This document shows, piece by piece, positions 19,031-26,730 of a stretch of 64,000 bases of DNA. The position numbers were made by a program, and so were the translations under genes. The notes under the pieces were generated by a model that saw only the letters and a list, made by a program, of their open reading frames with translations, was not told the DNA's origin and made no database searches. The stretch comes from an uncultured bacterium (GTDB taxonomy: Bacteria; Bacillota_I; Bacilli_A; RFN20; CAG-826): positions 36,658 to 100,657 of the forward strand of contig CASEKC010000005.1 in NCBI GenBank assembly GCA_949288485.1, written 5' to 3'. Within the stretch, counting starts at the first letter, position 1; every line of letters begins with the position of its first letter.

Positions 19031-19813
19031 GTGATTTGTGGATTAACAAAAAATGAAATAACTTATAAAGGTGGATTAACTAAAGAAATAGCTTGTGATA
19101 TTTCTTTAGTTAATAAACTTGTAAGTTATTTATATTACTCTAAAGATGAAGAATTAAAAAGAATTGCTTGGAATACTTTTTCTTTATGTTCTTGTAACAC
19201 TAATTTTATTCTTCATAACAAATTTAAAAGAGCATTAAATAAAAGAGAAAGACAAGTTTTTAGTGAAAAAGGAATATGTTCTAATCATACAGAAAATTTA
19301 ATTAGTGAAAGATTAATAATAGTTCCTAATAATAAAATTTATGCTAATTATTTACGTAACTATATTCTTAGATATGATTATGAAAATAAAGATTTTGCTT
19401 ATCAAATAGGAGATCATTCTTCTTATAAAGATATTAACTTTATACTTATAGAAAGATATAAAAAAGATATAGTTGGATACATTGGTATCCAACTAGAATA
19501 TGATTATATAAATACTTCTTCTCTTTCTTATTATGTTATTAAAGGATATCGTAATAAAGGATATATGAAAGAAGGAATTAAAGTAGTTATAGATGCTATC
19601 AAAGATAAAAAGATTGTATTTTATAATGATTTTAATTATCAGTATATTTATGAAGAAATAATACCTTTAATAAAATTAATTAAAATAACAGTTGTTGAAC
19701 CGAATATCCCTTCTTTTAAAGTAGCGTCTTCTATTAAAGGAATAACATATGATGGTAAATTAAATACTTATGAAGGAAATGACAAATATAAGATAACTCA
19801 TTGTTTTCGATAA
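19031..19813 (+). CDS. GNAT-family N-acetyltransferase-like protein
   Basis: The C-terminal half ..IVGYIGIQLEY..YYVIKGYRNKGYMKEGIKVVIDAI.. resembles the GNAT motif A region. The start is GTG, and an in-frame TGA separates it from a 44-codon ATG-initiated ORF beginning at 18900. Confidence 0.45.
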   Translation: MICGLTKNEITYKGGLTKEIACDISLVNKLVSYLYYSKDEELKRIAWNTFSLCSCNTNFILHNKFKRALNKRERQVFSEKGICSNHTENLISERLIIVPNNKIYANYLRNYILRYDYENKDFAYQIGDHSSYKDINFILIERYKKDIVGYIGIQLEYDYINTSSLSYYVIKGYRNKGYMKEGIKVVIDAIKDKKIVFYNDFNYQYIYEEIIPLIKLIKITVVEPNIPSFKVASSIKGITYDGKLNTYEGNDKYKITHCFR

Positions 19814-20340
19814 AATCGTAAAAAACAATTCAATAATTCTAAGAAACGAAAATATTAAATTTTCTTTAAAGAAATATTAATTTTTACTTTCGAAAATGGA
19901 TAATTTAATTATTATTACAAGAATTTTTATCATTATTTATCACAACAAAACAGTATTATTCAATACTTTCTAAAAGATTAATTTTACTGCATTATTTAAA
20001 AATAGTTTCAAATATTAATAATGTTTTTTTAAAACCTCTACAAATCTTAACGAAAATGGAAGGTAAGGGTTTCATTTTTTTTATTTACTTTTAAAAGTTC
20101 ATTTTCTCTAAAATTCTTAAAACCTTTTTGATTGTTTTTAATCATACATTTAATGTAGATCCTCCATTTTTAATCTAATAATTTATCCGCATATCCTATT
20201 GGTACAAAATTCGTTGACTTTATCACAGTTTCATTCATCAATAAAACTTTATCTAAAAAACTGCAAAACTCTATGAGAATAAAATTCACCTACATGTTTT
20301 ATAGATTGTTACTCTTTAAACAAATAGGCGAATATATTTT

Positions 20341-20688
20341 CTAGAATATTTTTTTATAAGACTCCAAACTTTCTTTTCGCAAATGAGATACTAATTTTTT
20401 CTCTATATCATATGATTTAATATTTTCAATTATCGCAACTTCAACAACTTCTTTTTGATAATAGTCATCAGAACAAACACACTCTTCAACAAAGTTAAAA
20501 CAGATATTTGTTTCCTCTTTTAAATCGTTTTCGACACAATAAATTATATATGGCATAAAAACATCTTCGAAAACAACAATAGATCCAGTGTTGATGCCTT
20601 CTTGCCAGGAAGTCTCTTTTTCAAACGCGTCCTTAACCTCTGGTATTCTTTCCAATAATAATGTATTTAACTCCTTTGAATTCATCAA
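20341..20688 (-). CDS. Putative immunity protein for the upstream toxin tail
   Basis: 115-aa acidic protein with a 4-nt overlap with the upstream toxin-tail ORF. The assignment rests on context and composition only. Confidence 0.35.
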   Translation of the reverse strand: MMNSKELNTLLLERIPEVKDAFEKETSWQEGINTGSIVVFEDVFMPYIIYCVENDLKEETNICFNFVEECVCSDDYYQKEVVEVAIIENIKSYDIEKKLVSHLRKESLESYKKIF

Positions 20689-21030
20689 TATTCTCCTTTC
20701 AAAGATTTTTTCATCTTTATTAATAATTCCTTAGCGAAGCTTTTGTCTTTTTCAGTTAAATTTTGAGTTCTTAAAATATTCTCTAAATTTTTAATTCTCT
20801 CTTCAATTTTTGTTACATGATTTCGTCCGCCAATTAATATGCCCGTTTTTATTTCTTCACTTGCAGCAGCCATGGCGCTTCCATCACCTATTGTTGCCCC
20901 CTCTCTATATAGCTCCCCAATTAAATTTTTAAGTTTTTGATTTTCTACAGAGTTTTGTATTTCTACACCAACATCTGAAACTCTTTTTCCCGCAAAAAGT
21001 TGAAGATCTAGTGTGAATACATTAATTTTA
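20685..21030 (-). pseudogene. Orphan C-terminal fragment of a polymorphic-toxin-like protein
   Basis: The open frame has no plausible start upstream: ..LFAGKRVSDVGVEIQNSVENQKLKNLIGELYREGATIGDGSAMAAASEEIKTGILIGGRNHVTKIEERIKNLENIL... This resembles conserved C-terminal regions of LXG/Rhs-type toxins. It is followed by a small overlapping ORF. Confidence 0.35.
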
Positions 21031-21098
21031 CAAAGACTTAACTATCTAGTTAAGCAATATTACTTAGATTGTAAATGATAATTGGTATCTCTAATTTT

Positions 21099-21209
21099 AT
21101 ACAAATAGATTTGTTACAAATTAATTTGTAAAAATAAAAAATAAGACTTTATTAATAAAATTTTTTTAGTTATAATACAAATAAATTTGTTACAAATTAA
21201 TTTGTAAAA
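21099..21209. promoter_or_regulatory. Two 35-bp direct repeats, each carrying two ACAAAT-NN-ATTTGT palindromes and flanking a TATAAT box; candidate operator array
   Basis: atacaaatagatttgttacaaattaatttgtaaaa (21099-21133) and atacaaataaatttgttacaaattaatttgtaaaa (21175-21209) differ at one position. A TATAAT lies at 21171-21176. The second repeat ends 4 nt before the RBS of ORF 21222. Confidence 0.45.
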
Positions 21210-21221
21210 GGAGATGATGTT

Positions 21222-22604
21222 ATGTTTATCGGTAGACAAAAAGAACTAACTGAACTAATTGACGCTTATAATTCCGACAAATTTGAGTCAATATTAATCT
21301 ATGGAAGAAGAAGAGTTGGGAAAACTGAGTTAATTAATAATTCACTAAAAGGGGTTAAAGATTGCATTATCATAAAATTTGAAGCTGTTAGAGGAACTTT
21401 GGAACTTAATATTAATAGACTCAGCAAAAGAATAAAAGATGTTTTTAATATAAATTATATTGATTTTCACTCATTTGAGGGTATTTTCGAATTTATATTC
21501 GAACAATCCTTGACAAAAAAAATAATTTTAATTATAGATGAATTCTCTTTCTTGCTTGAACGTGACTTTACTGTCGAATCAATCCTTGCTGTATTTATCG
21601 ATAAATATATTAATGATTCAAAACTAAAAATTGTTGTCTCTGGTAGTTATGTAGGTTTAATGATTAAACTCCTCGAGCATAGTTCTCATTGTTATGGCAG
21701 ATTTAATCATATAATTCCAGTAAGACCATTTGATTATTATGAAGCTTCATTATTTTACAAAAATTATAGTGATGAAGATAAAATCATTATGTATTCTACG
21801 TTTGGGGGCTTACCATTTTTTAATAGCCTAATTAATAACAATTTAACAGCCTTAGATAATATTAAGAACTTAATCATTTCTAAAAATTCTATACTAGAAT
21901 TCGGATTAAATTCAATATATTCTGAAACTAAAAACTTGCCACTTTTAAGTCAAACTATTTCTCTTATAGCAAAAGGAAAAACAAAAAAATCCGATATCAT
22001 CTCGACTCTCAAATCTAAGGGTAACAACAGAAACGAATATCTTTTAGAAAAAATTGAAGATATGGATATCGTTAAAAGAATAACGCCAATTAATGATAAA
22101 TCTAACAATAGAAAAACTTTCTTTGCTTTTGAAGACAATTATTTAAGTTTCTATTATCGTTATTTATACGATGCATCTTATATTGAATTAAGAGAAAATC
22201 CAAATCAATTTTTTGAAACATTCATTAAAGAAGACTTTTACAGTAGTTATATACCTAAAAAATTCGAAGAAATTACGAAATCTTTTCTACATAGAAAAAA
22301 CATAAAAGGAGAAATAAATCCAGTTATAACAGAAATAGGAACATATTTTTATAACGATGCAAAAAATAAAACCAATAGAGAATTTGATTGTGTAACTAAA
22401 GACAAAAATGGTTATATTTCATATGAATGTAAATTTACAAAAGATAAAATAGGTAAAAAAGTTATCACAGAAGAGGAAGAACAAATCAAGAATTTAGACA
22501 TAAATTTCTATAAATTAGGATTTGTTTCCAAAAATGGATTTAAAAATGATTTTGATAAAGAAAAATATAACTTATTTACATTAAAGGATTTTTATAAAGA
22601 TTAA
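21222..22604 (+). CDS. ATP-binding protein (PF01637-type ATPase with a DUF234-like C-terminus)
   Basis: N-terminus FIGRQKELTELIDAYNSDKFESILIYGRRRVGKTELI (Walker A) and Walker B LIIDEF. It is a paralog of 7442..8817. Confidence 0.75.
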   Translation: MFIGRQKELTELIDAYNSDKFESILIYGRRRVGKTELINNSLKGVKDCIIIKFEAVRGTLELNINRLSKRIKDVFNINYIDFHSFEGIFEFIFEQSLTKKIILIIDEFSFLLERDFTVESILAVFIDKYINDSKLKIVVSGSYVGLMIKLLEHSSHCYGRFNHIIPVRPFDYYEASLFYKNYSDEDKIIMYSTFGGLPFFNSLINNNLTALDNIKNLIISKNSILEFGLNSIYSETKNLPLLSQTISLIAKGKTKKSDIISTLKSKGNNRNEYLLEKIEDMDIVKRITPINDKSNNRKTFFAFEDNYLSFYYRYLYDASYIELRENPNQFFETFIKEDFYSSYIPKKFEEITKSFLHRKNIKGEINPVITEIGTYFYNDAKNKTNREFDCVTKDKNGYISYECKFTKDKIGKKVITEEEEQIKNLDINFYKLGFVSKNGFKNDFDKEKYNLFTLKDFYKD

Positions 22605-22695
22605 TCTCTAAAATTTAATAAACTTCTTTAGAATTTAATTTACAACTTATTCCGTTAATTTTAGTAATTCTAATTATCAACTTTATTTTTACTGA

Positions 22696-22869
22696 TTAAA
22701 ATCCGTATAAATTCTTTCTAATCGTAGATAGATTATAATTTAAAGCTTCTTCTATTTTCTTTTTTGCTTCTCGATCAAATTTATCTTTATTATTTTCAAG
22801 ATAAAATGTACCTTCTATTTCCTTTAAGACTTCATCATTGTTAATTCTTAATTTAAAAATGTTATTCAT
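22696..22869 (-). CDS. Small RHH-like protein of 57 aa, below the ORF-track cutoff
   Basis: ATG at 22869 is preceded by aggagg. The product is MNNIFKLRINNDEVLKEIEGTFYLENNKDKFDREAKKKIEEALNYNLSTIRKNLYGF. Its N-terminus resembles ORF 53867..54055 (MESIVKFRISSNRVLEEIE..). Confidence 0.4.
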   Translation of the reverse strand: MNNIFKLRINNDEVLKEIEGTFYLENNKDKFDREAKKKIEEALNYNLSTIRKNLYGF

Positions 22870-22966
22870 ATATTGATTTTTTCCTCCTATTTTTTTATCA
22901 ACTTGATTATATCAAAAGAAGGAAAAATCGACTTTCTCAGATAAATGGACTACTTTTTTGTGTGTG

Positions 22967-23187
22967 CCACAAAAAGTGCCAATTCCCTTATCCTGTTATA
23001 ATATTTCTATTTATTTTTTTATGACCACAAAAAGGGACCACATCAAAAAAATGCGATAACAATCGTTACTTTTTAAATTATTCAGTAGACCACGAAAAGT
23101 CCTTTTGCCACAAAAAGTACCCAGTGTTCTTATATATATATTTCCTTTTGGAAATATATATATAAAATAAAAAAGACCACAAAAAGT
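22967..23187 (+). repeat. Five same-orientation copies of CCAC(A/G)AAAAG(T/G), iteron-like or arm-site-like, with two AT-rich palindromes
   Basis: The copies start at 22967, 23025, 23090, 23108 and 23177. The palindromes are tatatatatatttcc-tttt-ggaaatatatatata and aatttatttcta-aa-tagaaataaatt. Inverted repeats ctcagataaatggac (22936-22950) and gttcatttatctgag (23486-23500) bracket the block. Confidence 0.55.
22994..23002 (+). promoter_or_regulatory. Extended -10 promoter element TGTTATAAT inside the repeat cassette
   Basis: The match to TGnTATAAT is perfect. The identical element and flanks recur at 53547-53555. Confidence 0.4.
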
Positions 23188-23562
23188 TCCTCTTGTCTTA
23201 TGAATTTATTTCTAAATAGAAATAAATTTTAAAAATTTTAAAAATATTTTATGTTTTAAAGAAACTATCTTCAATCTCTTCTTTTAATTTGACCGCTTTT
23301 TTAACAATTTAACATTAGAAAAATACCTTCAAAAGAATAGAAAAATTTACTCTGATAAACACTAGTTGAAGAGAATAAGCAAATTAAATAACACGATCCA
23401 ATTTAAATATTTAAAATGAAAATAAATAGAAAATCTTAGCTGATTTTTCTAGTTATTTTTCGCATTTCCACATTCTAATTTTTGTTCATTTATCTGAGCA
23501 CACATGAATTTTAAAAAGTTTATATAATATGATCGAAAATTAAAAAGGAGATGATTAAGTTA

Positions 23563-23790
23563 ATGAAAAGTAAGATTGAAATTATTAGTAGTCAAAGAGT
23601 TTCAACAAAAGATATTTCTACTTATCTAGATTGTTCTAATTCTAAGGCTTATTTAATTAGAAGGCTTTGTGAAATAAAGTTTGATGGTGAAGTTCCTGCT
23701 GAACCAAATAAAGTAACAACTGAATCATTCTTAAAAAGTTTAAATTCAACATTAGAAAAAGAATTAAAAAGTTTAAATGGAGGGAGTTAA
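23563..23790 (+). CDS. Small integrase-associated DNA-binding protein (DUF3173-like by context)
   Basis: MKSKIEIISSQRVSTKDISTYLDCSNSKAYLIRRLCEIKFDG... The start at 23563 follows aaggag. A paralog lies at 54531..54761, and both sit immediately upstream of an integrase. Confidence 0.5.
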   Translation: MKSKIEIISSQRVSTKDISTYLDCSNSKAYLIRRLCEIKFDGEVPAEPNKVTTESFLKSLNSTLEKELKSLNGGS

Positions 23791-23796
23791 TAGCAA

Positions 23797-25066
23797 TTGA
23801 TGTATAATTCAGAAGATTTATTAAAGATTAAAAAGGATTATGGTTTAAACTACTACATTCGTGTTAGAAAAGATACGAACTCCTTTTATGTTGGTTATAA
23901 TCTTTTAATAAATGGGAAATTAGAAAGACATCAAATACAAAATTCTTTTAAGTGGAAGCTACCTTCAAAAACAAAAGAACAAAATGAATTAAAGCAATCT
24001 ATATCAGAAAACATTTCTGATATAGTTATTAATGATTTAATTAAAAGAGACATCATCTCTTTTAATAATTCTAAAGAAGATAAAGATATAACTGTTAATG
24101 AGTTATTTGATGAATATTTAAATCTTTATAAGCAAGGAGTAAGAACTACTACTTTTCAAACAGAGTTATATTCAGTTAATAAATACTTTATTCCTTTCTT
24201 TAAAGTTAATAAAAATATAAAAGAGTGTTTTAATCGCCCTACTTTCTATAAATTAAACGAATTTATAAATTCATTTGATAATATTACTTTAAATAGAAAA
24301 AAATCGTTTAAAAAGACCCTTTTTAAAGATAATTCAATTTGCAATAAATTTTGGATATCTTGATCCATCAATGATGGGAGAAGCTCAATTATATTTCTCT
24401 TTAAAAAATGATGAAAAGCCAAGAGAATTAACTGAAAAAGTTTTTACAATTAAAGACTTTAAAAAATATATTTCGACATTTAAAGATAATGATAAATGGA
24501 AACTGTTTTTTGAAACTTTATTTTATACAGGTATAAGACTAGGAGAAGCTTTAGCTTTAAGATTTGGTGATATAAAGTTAGTAAATAACGATGCTCAATT
24601 GGATATTAGAGAATCAAGAAATTCAAGAAATATAATTTCAAAGCCTAAAACTTCAAGTAGCGAAAATGTTTGTGCTCTTCCTTTTGGTTTATATCAAAAA
24701 TTAATGGAATTTAAAAAGGTTAATAAAGCAGTTGATACAGATTATGTTTTCTTTTTAGATCCAATTTCAAGAACTACTACTTATCGAGTTCATCTTTATC
24801 ATGAAGAAATGGCTGGATTTATTACACTTGATAAAACTAAAACCAAAGTAATAAGTGGTGTTCATCGTAACATCCATTGTTTTAGAAAATCGTGTGGAAC
24901 AAACCTATTTGAACATAATGCTGATCTACAAACAGTTTCAAGGCAATTAAGACATTCAGAGATGACTATAACTGCAAAATATTACATTAAATATTTAAAA
25001 AATGGTACTTTTAATGCAGTTAATAATTTATATGATGAAACTCAAAAAAATACAGGCAATTCTTAA
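23797..25066 (+). pseudogene. Tyrosine recombinase/integrase, frameshifted in an A7 run
   Basis: ORFs 23797..24363 and 24371..25066 together align with 54761..56028. The frame is lost at 24297-24303, which has one extra A relative to the paralog. The C-terminal catalytic region reads ..HRNIHCFRKSCGTNLFEHNADLQTVSRQLRHSEMTITAKYY. Confidence 0.75.
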
Positions 25067-25175
25067 AAGTGACAGAAATCAGAACCTAATAATTTCTAAA
25101 TTTGAAATAATTCTTTTAACAAGAATAGGTAAAAATTATAATAAATTTGATTGGATATAAAGGTTTTTAATCAAA

Positions 25176-26390
25176 ATGAGTAACACTTCAAAAAATAAAA
25201 TTTTAAGTCCACATGATACTTCAATTCGTCATGGATATGATTATTATTTTGGAATGTCTGTAAATTACATTAAAGCATATTTAAGAGGATATCGAGATAT
25301 CTATTTTATTGAAACTTTTAAAGATAAATATTTAAAAGATTACATATATAAATCAAACATCTTTGAAACTCATCATCATACAAAGAATAATAAAATTGAA
25401 ACGATTAAATTATTCCCTGTTAAAAATCTATTAACAACATTTTTAAAAGAGGAGCTTTTAAAAATAGAAGATAAAGAAAGAATTAGATTTTATAAAAAAT
25501 ATATAAAATATCAATTAAAGAAGATAGATGAACAAAATAATAAGTTTCAACAAAAATACCAAGAAATTGAAAATCATCCTTTAAATAGGTTGGTTCTTCG
25601 TATGACTGATTTAAATAATGGATTAAATGTTTTTGATGAATATAGAGACTCTTTAGATAGCAATATAGGACGTAAAACCTTTAATAAATTATCCACTTAT
25701 AATTCTTCACCTTTTATAGATCGATTAGTTAATGGAAAAAGATTTGTATTAATTCAATCAAATGTTATCTCACCTCTTTTTGTCAATTTAGACAAATTAG
25801 TGAGTATTGATTTAAATGAAAATGACGTTTTTAGTTATCTTCCAAAATACGCTTTTTCTATTACTAACGAGAAAATTAAATTAAGAAATTATGATTATGC
25901 CAATCTCGATCCAAATTATTTAAAATTAACAAAACAATGGTCTGATTTTAATTGCGATTTTGAATTAGGAGTTCAAAAAAACATTTCTCGAGCTAGAAAT
26001 AAACTGATAGTAATATCTCTTTCTTCTTTTAATGAAGACGATATTTTTAAAAGAAATAAAGATAATAATAATAATAATAATAAAAGAAATAATCCGGATA
26101 TCTTTATAACATTTTCGTCATATTTTCTTAAGAAAATAAAAAACAAGGTTAAACAAAGGATTTATCACCTAAATCAAACGCATAAATTAAAGACTTCTTT
26201 TGCTCTTCCTTTAGAAGATAAATATGAATTATTAAACAGAAATAAAAATAAAGTTTGCTCTTTAACAATAATGATAAATAAAAATCTATATCTTACGGAT
26301 TTACTTACTCCATCAATAAAAGATGATTTATATATCATTAAAAAGTATCTAGATGATATATTTGTATTTTTACTAAATGTGAATTATTAA
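25176..26390 (+). CDS. Hypothetical protein
   Basis: 404-aa ORF with an internal Asn run encoded by an (ATA)n repeat. No motif recognised. Confidence 0.45.
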   Translation: MSNTSKNKILSPHDTSIRHGYDYYFGMSVNYIKAYLRGYRDIYFIETFKDKYLKDYIYKSNIFETHHHTKNNKIETIKLFPVKNLLTTFLKEELLKIEDKERIRFYKKYIKYQLKKIDEQNNKFQQKYQEIENHPLNRLVLRMTDLNNGLNVFDEYRDSLDSNIGRKTFNKLSTYNSSPFIDRLVNGKRFVLIQSNVISPLFVNLDKLVSIDLNENDVFSYLPKYAFSITNEKIKLRNYDYANLDPNYLKLTKQWSDFNCDFELGVQKNISRARNKLIVISLSSFNEDDIFKRNKDNNNNNNKRNNPDIFITFSSYFLKKIKNKVKQRIYHLNQTHKLKTSFALPLEDKYELLNRNKNKVCSLTIMINKNLYLTDLLTPSIKDDLYIIKKYLDDIFVFLLNVNY

Positions 26391-26667
26391 TTTTAGATAA
26401 ACACATTTAATAATTAAATCAAGAATTTCTTTACTTATCTTCACTTTTACCCTAATCAAAATTCAAAAATTTTAATTTACAGTAGTTGAAATAGGAACAT
26501 ATTTTCTCTAAATTATTTAGTTATAAAACTACATGATTCCTTTCATATAAACATTAAATTCTTCACATCTTTATTTAAGCAAGGCCTATTACTTAAATTA
26601 TTTTATTATCAAAATTGAATATATCATAATTAAATTCAGCTTAAATAATTTTTTTAACTTTCAAGCA

Positions 26668-26695
26668 TTGAAATATATATATATATATATATAAT
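26668..26695 (+). promoter_or_regulatory. Promoter TTGAAA-16 nt-TATAAT whose spacer is entirely a (TA) repeat
   Basis: TTGAAA lies at 26668-26673 and TATAAT at 26690-26695. An uninterrupted alternating AT run covers 26673-26693. This is 35 bp upstream of the lipoprotein start, whose RBS is aaaggag. Confidence 0.5.
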
Positions 26696-26730
26696 TTTCT
26701 TATAGAAACAATAATCAAAGGAGAATCATT

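Noticed and set aside
22967-23187. Possible CRISPR array, because of the repeated CCACAAAAAGT
   Set aside because: The repeats are only about 11 bp long. Their spacing is irregular (18 to 69 bp). There are no cas genes. The same five-copy layout is conserved at a second locus, which fits protein-binding sites rather than spacer acquisition.
26062-26083. (ATA)n trinucleotide run encoding NNNNNN inside ORF 25176..26390, as a possible phase-variation tract
   Set aside because: Unit changes in a triplet repeat keep the reading frame. Low-complexity Asn runs are also common in AT-rich genomes.
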